DNA from: Diplonema japonicum
Taxonomy: Eukaryota; Protista; Euglenozoa: Diplonemea
Length of the DNA stretch: 64,000 nt
Assembly: GCA_964019335.1 (NCBI GenBank)
Contig: OZ025738.1
Coordinates: 1-64,000, forward strand
Direction: 5' to 3'
Shown here: positions 9,608-22,386 of the stretch, in pieces
Position numbering within the stretch: the stretch's first letter is position 1
Layout: every line of letters begins with the position of its first letter
Notes under the pieces: model-generated
Told to the model about the DNA's origin: nothing
The model's input: only the letters and a program-made list of their open reading frames with translations
The model's database searches: none
Translations under genes and position numbers: made by a program

Positions 9608-10540
9608 TTATTCCTGTATACTTACCCCCGGCACCCGAGCCTTTATGAGCCTGTTAAAAGTATCAGTGCCTCCTCTCAAAACGATGGTTTCTATCTTCTT
9701 ACAGCCAAACAAGAAGCCCTCACAAATAGAAGAAAGATTGGTCATCGAACTCAAGTCGAGGGTTTCTAGTTTAATGCAGTACGCCAAGAAATGATAACCA
9801 ATGGAAGAGAGATTGGTCATCGAGCTCAAGCTGATGGCTTCTAGCTTAATGCAGTAAGACAAGAAATGATAACCAATGGAAGAAACATTGATCATCGAAC
9901 CCAAGTTGATGGTTTCTAGTTCGCTGCACCCTGACAAGAAGCAATTACCAATGGAAGATAGCTTGGTCATTGAATTCAAGTTGATGGTTTCTAATTCGTT
10001 GCACTTCTTTAAAAAGTTATCACCAATGGTAGAAACATTGGGGAGGATGAGTTCAACAGACGTCAGGTGGTCGCAACCTTCAAGAAAACTAGCGTCTATT
10101 CTTGTAACACAGCCTGTGGAGTCGGTGACAACGAGGAACCGAAGGCCAGAAGGAAGGTTCTCCCTCTCCATGGACAAGACTTCGACAGCTGGAGAGTCAC
10201 CCACCTCCACCACCAGAACCAGCTCAGGGTCAGCTGCCAAAAGACCCACAAGCTGCTCAGAAATCACTTCTGAGTTCTCGTCCTTCAGCTCCTCCAGACG
10301 AACGGTTCTCGTATTTGCCTCCACATGGACCACGGAGCCCTCCACGAGCCCAACTTCCTGAAGCTCTTCACTGCCATTCTTGTCAAGGACCTCACCCTCC
10401 CAAACCAGTTTGAACTTGCTTTCGAGTAAATTTGTAGCACACCCCGCCTTCTTGTACAGGCTCCCCACCGCCTCCTTCCCCGACACTTCCACATCATGAA
10501 CCCCGCCTCCCGTCTTCACGAACACTGTCATATCGCTCAT
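9608..10540 (-). CDS. Ubiquitin-like + BspA-type leucine-rich repeat protein (about 6 LRRs)
   Basis: MTVFVKT..GLVEGSVVHV ubiquitin-like N-terminus; 25-aa LxSIGxxFLxxCxxLExIxL repeats; start inferred from paralogues. Confidence 0.88.
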   Translation of the reverse strand: MSDMTVFVKTGGGVHDVEVSGKEAVGSLYKKAGCATNLLESKFKLVWEGEVLDKNGSEELQEVGLVEGSVVHVEANTRTVRLEELKDENSEVISEQLVGLLAADPELVLVVEVGDSPAVEVLSMERENLPSGLRFLVVTDSTGCVTRIDASFLEGCDHLTSVELILPNVSTIGDNFLKKCNELETINLNSMTKLSSIGNCFLSGCSELETINLGSMINVSSIGYHFLSYCIKLEAISLSSMTNLSSIGYHFLAYCIKLETLDLSSMTNLSSICEGFLFGCKKIETIVLRGGTDTFNRLIKARVPGVSIQE

Positions 10541-10996
10541 TTTGTTGCTGTGCTGCTGCTGTGTAAAAGGCGATTTTCCTTTCAATGTTTAAGGAAATCA
10601 ATAGATGAAAGAAGTTATAAAGAATGGGGAAAATAAATTCATTAGGAAACGAAGTGGTTCAGGCAAAAAATCGAGGGGGGGGGGATGGATAGAAAAGTTC
10701 TCTGTCGCTTTTGTTTGTTTTAAAACGAGAAATCACAGAGCTGCTCGGCGGGAACAGTGGCCTGCGATATTGATATATCTTCGGCTACCTTCTTGTGTTG
10801 GTGTGGTGAACGATGTTTAGGGGTATCATCTACCACTTATCTAGGTGGGCCGAGGGAGAGGGAACAAGGGTCAATCTTCTTTTGTAACGCGTGCCTTTAA
10901 CGTCTACCCAACCACGCCAGAATAGAATAAACAATAATACACCAACAATAACACCAACACCACCCCCTTTCTCGAAGAGAGTCGCGAAATATTTAA

Positions 10997-12091
10997 CTAA
11001 TGGAGGGGGGTGGTCTGTATACTTACCCTAGATGGCACCTCAGCCTCAAAGAGCCTGTTAAAAGTATCAGTGCCTCCTCTCAAAACGATGGTTTCTAGCT
11101 TCCTGCAGCCAGACAAGAAGCCAGAACCAATGAAAGAAACACTGGTCATTGAAGGCAAGTATATGGTTTCTAATTCGTTGCAGTGAGACAAGAAATCATA
11201 ACCAACGGAAGAAAGATTGGTCATTCGACTTAAGTCGATGGTTACTAGTTCGTTGCAGTCAGACAAGAAGTCAGAACCAATGGAAGAAACATTGATCATT
11301 GAACTTAAGTCGATGCTTTCTAGTCTGTAGCAGTTAGACACGAAGCCATTACCGATGGAAGAAGGGTTGGCCACTGAACCTAAGTCGATGGTTCTTAGTT
11401 CGTTGCAGTCAGACAAGAAATAAGAACCAATGAAAGAAAGTTTCGTCATCGAACTCAAATCGATGGCTTCAAGTTTGGTGCACCCACACAAGAAGCCAGA
11501 ACCAATGGAAGAAAGATTGGTCATCACATTCATGTTGATGGTTTCTAATCTAATGCATGTGAATAAAAAGTTGTCATAAACGGTGGAAACATTGGGGAGG
11601 ACAAGATCAACAGACGTCAGGTGGTCGCAACCCTGAAGAAACTCATCACTTACCCTGGTAACACAGCCTGTGGAGTCGGTGACAACGAGGAACCGAAGTC
11701 CAGAAGGAAGGTCTGAACTGCTCATGGACAAGACATCGACAGCTGGCGAGTCACCCACCTCAACCACCAGAACAAGCTCAGGGTCAGCTGCCAAAAGACC
11801 CTCAAGCTCAGAAATCACTTCTGAGTTCTCGTCCCTCAGCTCCTCCAGACGAACGGTTCTCATGTTCGCCTCCACATGGACCACGGAGCCCTCCACGAGC
11901 CCAACTTCTTGAAGCTCCTTGTCCCCGTTCCTGTCAAGGACCTCACCCTCCCAAACCAGTTTGAACCTGCCTTCGAGTAAACCAGCAGCACACCCCGCCT
12001 TCTTGTACAGGCCCCCCACCGCCTCCTTCCCCGACACTTCCACATCGTGAACCCCGCCTCCCGTCTTCACGAACACTGTCATATCGTTCAT
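10997..12091 (-). CDS. Ubiquitin-like + BspA-type LRR protein (about 8 LRRs)
   Basis: Paralogue of 9608..10540 with an intact ORF. Confidence 0.9.
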   Translation of the reverse strand: MNDMTVFVKTGGGVHDVEVSGKEAVGGLYKKAGCAAGLLEGRFKLVWEGEVLDRNGDKELQEVGLVEGSVVHVEANMRTVRLEELRDENSEVISELEGLLAADPELVLVVEVGDSPAVDVLSMSSSDLPSGLRFLVVTDSTGCVTRVSDEFLQGCDHLTSVDLVLPNVSTVYDNFLFTCIRLETINMNVMTNLSSIGSGFLCGCTKLEAIDLSSMTKLSFIGSYFLSDCNELRTIDLGSVANPSSIGNGFVSNCYRLESIDLSSMINVSSIGSDFLSDCNELVTIDLSRMTNLSSVGYDFLSHCNELETIYLPSMTSVSFIGSGFLSGCRKLETIVLRGGTDTFNRLFEAEVPSRVSIQTTPLH

Positions 12092-12285
12092 CTAACCTTT
12101 TTGTTGTACCTTATTCCCGTGTGTTTGTAATGAATGTAAAAAGGTAAAAGTACATGAAGAGATCAGCACAATGCGGACAGCGCCAGCATTGCTTTCATCC
12201 CGATCGAGGCCGCTGTAATGATATTGCAAGTGGGAATAAAAAGCAAAAGAATAAAAAACAGGTGAGGGATAAATACTGCAAAAAT

Positions 12286-12365
12286 AAAAACTCAAAGTGC
12301 AGGAAGAACCCCCTTATGGAGGGCCGCCCTTGGGTGGGCTGGGGGGAGTTATCTATTTATACTCC
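12286..12365 (-). mobile_element. LINE 3'-terminus fragment
   Basis: aaaaactcaaagtgcagg..cccc..gagggccgccct..tatct..atactcc aligns with 40513-40590. Confidence 0.7.
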
Positions 12366-12744
12366 ATAAAAAAGAATAAAGGTGACTGAAATGATTTTAA
12401 GTTGGAGTAGAGAAGCGAAAAAATAGGTAAAAAGGGGGGGTGGAAAAGAATAAATACTGCATACGAAAACAGAGAGTCGAATAAAAAAGGGAAAAAGTGA
12501 CTGACATCCTCAAGAGCGTACCAGACCAGATCGCGACCCGTGTGTCGAGGGGGACGCGACCAGGGGGCCAGTGCGCGCACGCCAAGAAGAATGACCTTAG
12601 TTGGTTCACTAAACCCGTTCACACTTCTTTCTTTTCCTTATGTCATTTTTGGACCGATTACTGTAAAACTGATAAAGAAGGGGAAATGATTACCAAGAAA
12701 AAAACAAAAAAAATATATAAAGAGGTAAAAGGAAATCCCTGATC

Positions 12745-15050
12745 TGGGACGTCCTGTCTTGTTCTTCTACCTGCCCCTATATCCCTTCAGCGGCTTCGGT
12801 CTTTCCTTTTTGGGCTGAGCCCGCTCCCTCATGACGCTCACCCGCTCCTTCTGCCACTGCTGTCTCAGTTTCTGGAGGTCCTTCTTCGTCTGTTCCGAGA
12901 CGTGCAGCGGTCTTCTGTCCCAGCCCAAGACCTTTCTCCCCCCTATGGTCCTCAGGCCGTGGTTCCGCCGTTGCTCCGCCGGTATGGCTCTGTGTCCCCT
13001 GACCTTCCTCCTTATCCGCGCGTCCTGCCAGCCTTCCTTCAGCCTCACCAGCAGGCGCCGTCTCGCCTTTTTCCCTATTAGTGTCAGGTCTCCACGTTCA
13101 CCAGCGACTTCTGTGCTGGTCTCAAAGTACAGCGCAAGCTCTATTGTCGTGACCGTTGTTCTCCTCGGGCCCCGGTACCACTTGAGCTGCCCTAGCCATT
13201 TGACGATCTCCTGTCCGTACTGTTTCATGAGCCCCCCCCCTACATGTTGTCGTAGTTCTCTCCATGTCGGGTCGGGTGCCTTTTCCCTTCTGTGATCACT
13301 TCCCACGGATGAGTCGTGTACCTCTCCAGTGCCCTCTTTTCCTGCAGGCGGCGGTCTCGTTCTGTTACCACCTCCAGGAGGTAGAGCTGCAGGCCCTTGA
13401 GATGCTCTTTGTCGTGTCCTCGCGGCAGCACTCCGAGCTGCATGCACCTCGGCATGGCCGTCCGTTCCTCCACCACTGCTCTGTTAGCTTCCTTGTTTTG
13501 TATTTCCCTTGCCAACTCGCAGTCCCACAGCGCGTGCTTGAGCATGTCGTGCTCATGCACCTCGTGTTCACATATGTCACAGTTGACGTACCTGGCTGCC
13601 GCCTCTCTAAATATATATGAGTTAAAGGAAGTCTTTTGTGAGACGCCCCCTTGTTCTCATCCTCTACCTGCATCTATCCCCCTTCAGCAGCGGCTTCTCC
13701 TTCTTCGGTGGTCGTGCCGGCCTCCTCCCCAGCTTGGCTACTTTTTCCCTTCTTTCCTTTGCCCATTGCTTCCCTGCCCCCACGTGGGGGACGCGGCTGT
13801 GTTCTTCTTCGGCGATCCCTGTGCCTTCCTTCTCCTCGGTGATGGTGAGGTATCCAGAGGTGTCCCGCTTCTCTGCCTCTTCGTCGGGGATGCTGGAGGG
13901 GATGCCGGGTTCGTTGCGATTACCTTCTCCCTCAGCTCCCTGTGCCTCAGCGCTTGCTTCTTCAGTGTCTCCCTCAGCTTGTTGTCCTCTTTCAGCCCTG
14001 CTCCAGCTTCTGCATCTGCTGTTGTATTTCTGTCGGCATCTGCTCTTCCTTTTGCTCTTCCTTTCCCTTCTCCTTCTGCGGTTTGTGCTTCTGTTCCTTC
14101 TGCCCCTTCTGCTGTGCCTTCGGGTCCTTCTTCTGTTGTGCCTTTGGGTCCTGCTTTTGTTGTGCCTTCGGGTCCGCCGCTGCCCAGTACTCCTCGCCTT
14201 TGTCCTTGCCATAGAAGCAGAGGAACTCCGGCTTGGAGTACTTGGTGTCGTTGTTCTCGTTTGGGTCCTTCCGCGTCTCCCCTTTCGCCACCACCATCCG
14301 CAGCGGTTGGAGTTTCCATGCCTCTGTCAAGGGCATTTGGTTCTCTCCTACTTGAACTTCCCCGAACGGGGGTCGGACAATGGCGAGCTGTTTCCCTTTC
14401 TTGGGGATCATCCGGAGCACCTCCGCACCTTCCCACCCCTTCGTGCGGATCACCTCCTGCACCTGCTCTGCTGTTACTCCACGCTCCACGTCTTTAGCCA
14501 CAGCGGTGGCGCGTCCTCCTTCCTCCTCCTTCGTTCTTCGATGTACATACCGGTACCTTCTGCACCCCCGGCCTGCTTCGCTTTCTTCGCGTCGCTCGCC
14601 GACAGATAGACCAGGAGGTCCATCTTGGTGAGCTTGCCGTCCCACCCCTCGCCCCTCGGGTCTGACAGCCCTCCCATGGATCCGAGCACCTTCTTCGTGT
14701 GCTCTCTCGCGTCGGCCTCGACCTGCTCCCAGCCTTCCCCCGCCGCCGGTCGCCTCCATACCACTCTCAGCACCTCGGTGGCGTTCCCTCAGTTCCCATC
14801 TTCGTCCTCGTCCTCGTCCATCCAGCGTTCCTGCTGCTGCTTGCCATGTGTCTTCGGCCATCCCGCCTCTGCCGTTACCCTCACCGAGCGTACCACCTTC
14901 CCCTTCCCTGGTCTCGCCCGCGCTACCTGCACCCACGAAGGTGCTGCACCCTGCTGGTGTTTTTGCTCTCCTCTTGAGGGAAGACCCAGGGCCACAACTT
15001 GGAGGTTCCCCAGCCATGATTGATTGTGATTTTGTTAATTCCAACCCAAT
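12745..15050 (-). mobile_element. Internally deleted, frameshifted LINE (ORF1-like part joined to ORF2 C-terminus, no RT)
   Basis: HDMLKHALWDCE, PRCMQLGVLPRGH, KWLGQLKW, TTIELALYFE and GLRTIGG..GWDRRP align with the C-terminus of 40573..42585. Confidence 0.78.
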
Positions 15051-15116
15051 ATCCAGCCCCTTTTTAAAAAAAAGAGCTAACGAGAAATATCGAGAATAAG
15101 ATTGAGAGTTGCTATA

Positions 15117-16232
15117 CTAACTAATGGAGGGGGTCTGTATACTTACCCCCGATGGCACCTCAGCCTTTAAGAGCCTCTTAAAAGTATCAGTGCCTCCTCG
15201 CAAAATAATGGCTCTTAGTTCTTCACACTCAGACAAGAAACCATGACCACCAAAGGAAGAAAGATTGGTCATCGATGATAAGTCGATGGTTTCAAGTTTG
15301 CTGCATTCAGACAAGAAAGAAGAACCAATAGAGTTAAGATTGGTCATCACATTCAAGTCGATGGTTTCTAATCTGTGGCACCTAAATAAGAAGTGAGAAT
15401 CAATAAAAGAAAGATTAGTCATCGAACTCAGGTTGACGGCTTCTAGACTTCTGCATTCAGACAAGAAGTAAGAACCAATGGAAGAGAGATTGGTCATTGA
15501 ACTCAAGTCGATGGCTTTTAGCTTGTTGCAGTAAGACAAAAAGCCATCACCAATGGAAGAAAGATTTGTCATTGAACTCAAGTCGAGAGTTTCTAGTTCG
15601 GTGCACCCACACAAGAAGCCATCACCAATGGAAGAAAAATTGGTCACCTGGTGCCGGTCACCCATCGCATTCAAGTCGACGGCTTCTAAATCAACGCAGC
15701 CTAATAAAAAGTAGTTACCAATGTTAGAAACATTGGGGAGGATGAGATCAACAGACTTCAGGTGGTCGCAATCTTGAAGAAAACCATTGTCTATACCTGT
15801 AACACAGCTTGTGGAGTCGGTGACAACGAGGAACCGAAGGCCAGAAGGAAGGTCCCACCTGCTCATGGACAAGACTTCGACAGCTGGAGTGCCCCCCACC
15901 TCAACCACCAGAACAAGCTCAGGGTCAGCTGACACAAGACCCTCAAGCTCAGAAATCACTTCTGAGTTCTTGTCCTTCAGCTCTTTTAGACGAACGGTTC
16001 TCACCTCCGCCTCCACATGGACCACGGAGCCCTCCACGAGCCCAATTTCCTGAAGCTCTTCACCGCCATTCTTGTCAAGGACTTCACCCTCCCAAACCAG
16101 TTTGAACCTGCCTTCGAGTAAACCAGCAGCACACCCAGCCTTCTTGTACAGGCCCCCCACCGCCTCCTTCCCCGACACTTCCACATCGTGAACCCCGCCT
16201 CCCGTCTTCACGAACACTGTCATATCGTTCAT
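15117..16232 (-). CDS. Ubiquitin-like + BspA-type LRR protein (about 8 LRRs)
   Basis: Third paralogue, intact ORF, shared upstream flank. Confidence 0.9.
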   Translation of the reverse strand: MNDMTVFVKTGGGVHDVEVSGKEAVGGLYKKAGCAAGLLEGRFKLVWEGEVLDKNGGEELQEIGLVEGSVVHVEAEVRTVRLKELKDKNSEVISELEGLVSADPELVLVVEVGGTPAVEVLSMSRWDLPSGLRFLVVTDSTSCVTGIDNGFLQDCDHLKSVDLILPNVSNIGNYFLLGCVDLEAVDLNAMGDRHQVTNFSSIGDGFLCGCTELETLDLSSMTNLSSIGDGFLSYCNKLKAIDLSSMTNLSSIGSYFLSECRSLEAVNLSSMTNLSFIDSHFLFRCHRLETIDLNVMTNLNSIGSSFLSECSKLETIDLSSMTNLSSFGGHGFLSECEELRAIILRGGTDTFKRLLKAEVPSGVSIQTPSIS

Positions 16233-16624
16233 TTAACCTTTTTGTTGTACTTTATTCCTGTTGTTTGTAATGAAGGTTGAAAAACTAGACACAAGAATAG
16301 AGAAGTGAAAAGAAGACGACTCGTTCATAAAACAAAAAAAAGGGGAGTGTGGACCGAGAAAAGTAAAAGAACATGAAGAGAAAGAGATCAGCACAATGTG
16401 GGGCAGCGCCACCGGAGCCTGCTGAAGCCTCTGGTAGGTGGGTTGGAAGTGGGGTACTCATGACCGTGCTGGTGTTCTCATTCCACAAGCTTTGCTGTTT
16501 GTTTGGCACTTTACACCTTGTTTCTGGGTTTCTTCTTTTTTTCTTTCACTAAGAGTGAAATAAAAACAGTAACATAGCCACCACACTGCTCGGAATGATA
16601 AAGAAAGGGAACTATTAGAAAGAA

Positions 16625-16845
16625 AAATACCGAGAGTATTGAAGAGAGTCGCGAAAGATATTCTAAGTGTGGCAGTATTCTCCTTTCTACTACAGTCGAG
16701 AAAATGACCTTTTCTCTCTTCTTCTTATTTCTGTATACTTACCCCTGGTGGCGTGCTCCTTTCAAAACAACTATGGTTTTTTAGTTCTTCGCACCTAGAC
16801 AAGAACCTATTCTTCGCACCTAGACAAGAACCTACCGCCAAATGA
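16625..16845 (-). pseudogene. Degenerate 3' remnant of a UBL-LRR gene
   Basis: ctgtatacttacccc, agacaagaa and 3' UTR gagtcgcgaaa match the paralogue ends. Confidence 0.55.
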
Positions 16846-17434
16846 ATGGCCAAAATGAAATTAAGATTCGTTGGGCTCAGCTGGGAAGGCCCTCCTTCCT
16901 TTCACCTTCTTCAGTACCCTCCCTAGCTCCCATGTGTGCCAGATCTTCTTCATCAGTCCATGCAATCTCCTCGCTTTCTGCTGTACTTCTGCGAGATCCC
17001 CAATCAACACGAAAATGGTGGCGGAAAAGAAGAACGAAAGCAAGAACAGAAACAAAAAAAATGAAAATAAAAATAAACTATTCTTTTAACTGAATCGTCC
17101 AATACTACCTATAGGCGCTCTTGCAACGACCACCACAGTCATCGCCAACGTGCCAAAAAGTAGGCTAAACTCGCACACTGGTGTGAGCTTCAAGGGAGCT
17201 AAACGTTTCAGACATGGCGTGCCACACCCATAGGCCTCACGACCGGGGAGGGGGGCATTTAATAATAAAAATATTAAAAATAATCTAAAAGTAGAGCCCG
17301 GGTCATTCCACTCGGGCGCTACCAATGATGACCGACGAGGAGGTCAACAACAAACATCTGATGTACTTCTTATACTTCCATGTTATCCCCAACACCTAAA
17401 AAGAAAGAAAAAAAAGATGGGGTGGGGCAGAAAT

Positions 17435-17564
17435 GAAAAGAAAAGAAAAGAAAAGAAAAGAAAAGAAAAGAAAAGAAAAGAAAAGAAAAGAAAAGAAAAG
17501 AAAAGAAAAGAAAAGAAAAGAAAAGAAAAGAAAAGAAAAGAAAAGAAAAGAAAAGAAAAGAAAA
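17435..17564. repeat. (GAAAA)n microsatellite, about 26 copies
   Basis: Read directly. Confidence 0.97.
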
Positions 17565-17708
17565 ACTATGGTACACGTTAGTATCTGTTCCTCACGCCAT
17601 CGCTGCTGTTCATTCGCCGGACACTCTTTCCTTCTCTCTTTCACAACCGTCATGGGGGGAAAAGATGTTACAACTCATGTCTTACTCCGTGCTGCTGTTT
17701 GTGTCACG

Positions 17709-20700
17709 TCACCGTCGCTGAGAGCCCTTCATCATATCAGCTTTTCCTTCCGTGATGAGGATGTGTAATGCGTCGGTGTGTTCGTTACTAGCCGCTCTTC
17801 TAAACAGGGTAGCACCGTTGTTGTTGGCCTTGTTCACATCTGCCTTTCCTTCCGTGATAAGGATGCGTAACGCATCGTCCTTCCCCTTTCCGGCAGCTAT
17901 GAAACACGGGGTACAACCGTTTCTGTTGGCCTTGTTCACATCGGCCTTTCCTTCCGTGATGAGGATGCGTAATGAATCGGTGTGTCCATTCTGAGCCGCC
18001 ACGAAACACGGGGTAGTACCGTCGCTTTCTGCCTTGTTCACATCTACCACTCCTTCCGTGATGAGGAGGCGTAATTCGTCTATGATATACTCAGCCACCA
18101 TGAAACACGGGGTAGAACCATTGTTGTCAGCCTTGTTCACATCAGCCTCTCCTTCCGTGATTAGGACGCGTAATGCGTCAGCGTGTCCATATTGAGCCGC
18201 CATGATACACGGGGTAGTACCGTAGTTGTCGGCCCTGTTCACATCTGCCTTTCCTTCCGTGATGAGGACGCGTAATGAGTCAGCGTGTCCCTCTCGAGCC
18301 GCCATTAAACACGGGGTAGAACCATTGTTGTCGGACTTGTTCACATCTGCCTCTCCTTCCGTGATGAGGAGGCGTAATAAACCAGCGTGTCCATATCGAG
18401 CCGCCATGATACATGGGGTAGTACCGTCGTTAGCCGTCATGATACACGGGGCAGAACCATTGTTGTCAGCCTTGTTCACATCTGCCTTTCCTTCCGTGAT
18501 GAGGAGGCGTAATGAGTCAGCCTGTCCATTATAAGCCGCCATGATACACGGGGTAGTACCGTCGTTGTCAGCCTTGTTCACATCAGCCTTTCCCTCCGTG
18601 ATGAGGACGCGTAATGAGTCAGCGTGTCCATCTTGAGCCGCTATGAAACACGGGGTAGTACCGTCGTTGTCGGCCTTGTTCACATCTGCCTTTCCTTCCG
18701 TGATGAGGAGGCGTAATGAACCAGCGTGTCCATATCGAGCCGCCATGATACACGGGGTAGAACCATTGTTGTCAGCCTTGTTCACATCGGCCTCTCCTTC
18801 CGTGATGAGGAGGCGTAATGAGTCAGTGTGTCCATATTGAGCCGCCGTGATACACGGTGTAGTACCGTCGTTGTCAGCCTTGTTCACATCAGCCTCTCCT
18901 TCCGTGATGAGGACGCGTAATGAGTCAGCGTGTCCAACTTGAGCCGCTATGATACACGGGGTAGAACCATTGTTGTCGGCCTTGTTCACATCTGCTCTTC
19001 CTTCCGTGATGAGGATACGTAATGAGTCAGCGTGTCCACTACAAGCCGCTATGAAACACGGGGTAGTACCGTCGTTGTCGGCCTTGTTCACATCTGCCTT
19101 TCCTTCCGTGATGAGGATGCGTAATGCGTCGGTATATCCATTCTGAGCCGCCATGTAACACGAAGAACAATTGTTGTTGTTGGCCTTGTTCACATCAGCC
19201 TGTCCCTCCATGATGAGGAGGCGTAATGAGTCAGCGTGTCCATTATAAGCCGCTATGTAACATGGGGTAGCACCGCTGTCGTCGGCCTTGTTCACATCTG
19301 CCATTCCCTCCGTGATGAGGATACGTAATGAGTCAGCGTGTCCATTCTCAGCCGCCATGATACACGAGGTAGTACCGAACTTGTCGGCCTTGTTCACATC
19401 TGCTCTTCCTTCCGTGATGAGTAAGCGTAATGCGTCGATGTGGCCTTCTTGAGCCGCTTTGAAACACGGGGTAGAACCGTCATTCGTGGTGTGGTTCACA
19501 TCAACCTTTCCTTCCGTGATGAGGATGCGCAATGCGTCCACGCAGCCGCGTTCAGCGGCAACAGAGCACGCAGTGCCGCCAAACGCATCCACCGTATCCG
19601 CCGCCAGCCTCCCCGAAAGGAGGACATCCTTCAGAAGGTCAGCCCGATTCCTTGCGGCCGCAGCATGAAGCACTGTCCACCCTTTACGCGGTCCCTCTTC
19701 CTCGTTCGCTCCCCAGAACCTGTTGCCGAGCACCTGCATCACCTTGTCGAACACAGCCCGCTTGCAAGAACATGCAAGAAGCCCGACACCTGCTGTGTGA
19801 AGCTCCTTTGGTACCCCAGCAAGGTCCGCCCCCTTGCTCAGCAGAACTACCGCACTCTTCTCATGGCTCCCGTCCTTGTTCATCCGCAACACTTCTGAGA
19901 GCGAAGCGTTCAGAGCCATAGAGTGAGCTGTGGGTGACAGGGACAGGTTGGCACAGCACAGCGACACCACCTGCTCGTTGTGCTCCAACTCTGCCGCCTC
20001 CTGAAGAACCGTCTTGCCGAATTCCACAACAGGCATTGCCGTGCTGAGCGGGTAGTCTACAAACCTTCCTTCACCCGTCACCGGATGGAGTTTAAAGCTG
20101 TCATCTATCGTGAGATTCGTCTTGATCGTATGGAGGAGCTTCGCGTTGCGGACACGCTCCACCTGTGTCATGACGTCTCCAAGCCTGCCCCAGTGATAGA
20201 AGTCGATTTCGTGCAGCTCCACCACAACCACGCGACGCATGCTTGTGTCGAGAGCCACCTCCAGCAGACGCATCACACCGATGTCAGGGCGCCCCACCAC
20301 CCGGAACTGGGTGTTAGCTGCGATCAGAACCTCCCTCTCCTCGGGGAAGTGGCTGAACCGAGCGATGCTCCGCCCAGTCCTAACCCGAAGAATGAGGATC
20401 GTCCCCTGAACCTCTTCGTCCTGACCCGTCGTCCCAAGGAATTCCCTCACCACCTCAGGGTCCTCACTTGCACTCGTGGGGTGCGGCATCGTCACCACCG
20501 CCCCCACAGAGTACAGCGACTCACTCACCCGGAAGTCGATTGCACGGAACACGGTCCCCTCGTACTTCGGCTGCGACATCATTGCTCGGTGCAGGGAATA
20601 GGCGAAGTCCTTCATCGGCTCATAGCGCTCCCGCTCCCCACGGAACGCCACCTCACGCATCGCCGCGTTCACCCCGTAGCACAAGGGGCTCTCTAGACTG

Positions 20701-21269
20701 TACAGCCGAAGGTACGGCTCCGACTTCCCTGCCACCTGCTGCACCGCCCACTCCGCAGCACCCTTCGCATCACCCTTCGCAGTCATCGCACTCCTCATCG
20801 CAGCCTCCACCGTCGCCGGCATCGGCCTTGCACACGACGCACCTTTGAAGAACTCGCTCCACCCTCGGTCCACCTCGATCTCGCCGACCCCGTCGCTGTA
20901 CCGGCTCACTACTTCCTTGTTCGCTGCCACCACCCTTCCTCCACCCACCTTTTTTATTCTTTTATTTTTCTTTACTTTTTATTTTTTGTTTACCTTGAAC
21001 GCTTTCGCCGCCTTCTTAAGCTCTTCACGCGCCTCCGACACCAGTGATGACACGCTGTCCCCCACACCGCGCTCCTTGTTGCGCTTCAGGAACTCCTGCA
21101 TCACAGCAATCACGCTGTGGCACAGTGCATCGTGCCACTTCCCCATCGCCGTGTCCAGCTCCACCTCGATGGTGGTGGTTGCTGTACCCCCCACGCTGCT
21201 CGCCAACTGTCCACGCAGCTGCTCCACCGCTTCCCACGCTATTTCTACAGCTCCCTCTCCCGCTGTCAT
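17709..21269 (-). CDS. ADP-ribosyltransferase (R-S-E type) + about 18-19 ankyrin repeats; intron 20949-20993
   Basis: LYS..VNAAMR, VFRA, PTSAS, FPEEREVL; 34-aa ankyrin repeats; a 45-nt phase-0 GT..AG intron joins the MTAGEG exon in frame. Confidence 0.88.
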
Positions 21270-21806
21270 GGTTTCTTCTTTCTTTTCTTTTTGTTGATAA
21301 TTGCAGGTAGGTAATCTGTGTGGATGTATGTTGTGAACAAACAAACTGGAAAAAGAAGTGCTGACAAAACTGTCAGAGGTGGCCGAAAAGAAAGCACGAT
21401 CTCCTCCTATCCCAGGAAAAGCCCTTCTTGACATCCTCCCCCCGATCCTCGCAACCGGCTCACCGGGGAGAGACAGACACATCCTGCTGGCTTGCCAAGC
21501 CCACCTCTCTCCCCTTCGTCTGCTGAGAGAGGCGACCAGATGTGCTTTTTGTTCCTTGAGTGACGCTTCATGTAAAACAAGACCTGTGCCCCGTGGGGGT
21601 TCCTCGTCCACAGGTCTGGCAGGGGTGGCTATTATGTTGTTCTTCTTTTGATTTCTTCTTTTTTTCCTCTTTTCTTTCGGAGACATAGGGGAGCCACCCC
21701 CATGCCTCTTTTCTTTTCTTTTTTTCGCTTCTTTTTTTTCTATACAAGCTTTTTCCTTTTACTTTCTTCTAAAACAACGTTTCAAAACAAGAGCGAATAA
21801 ACAAAA

Positions 21807-22095
21807 CAAAAACAAAAACAAAAACAAAAACAAAAACAAAAACAAAAACAAAAACAAAAACAAAAACAAAAACAAAAACAAAAACAAAAACAAAAACAAA
21901 AACAAAAACAAAAACAAAAACAAAAACAAAAACAAAAACAAAAACAAAAACAAAAACAAAAACAAAAACAAAAACAAAAACAAAAACAAAAACAAAAACA
22001 AAAACAAAAACAAAAACAAAAACAAAAACAAAAACAAAAACAAAAACAAAAACAAAAACAAAAACAAAAACAAAAACAAAAACAAAAACAAAAAC
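21807..22095. repeat. (CAAAAA)n microsatellite, about 48 copies
   Basis: Read directly. Confidence 0.97.
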
Positions 22096-22386
22096 GTCAC
22101 AGCCCGTCGCCACCCTTAATGGCTAGATTTCGCTTCGTAAAATAATTTCACCACTGAATTCCTCCCTCCTTTATATCATCTCTTATTTCAAAAATAAGTT
22201 CTTGATACAATACGTTTTGGTTTTACCCCCCTTTGTTATGTTCTGCCAATATCAAAAGGAAGCTGCAACCTTTTTCAAACTGCAGCAGGTCTTGCTGTCC
22301 TCTTAAGAAGGGGAAATGATTAATAAACCAGAAAAAAAAAGAAAGAATAATATCGAGAGTACTGAAGAGGGTCGCGAAATATTTAA

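Noticed and set aside
17750-19560. CRISPR-like regular repeats
   Set aside because: 102-bp coding ankyrin units in a eukaryotic gene; no repeat-spacer structure or cas genes
17370-22113. FL/FV/KRKE low-complexity ORFs
   Set aside because: Microsatellite translations
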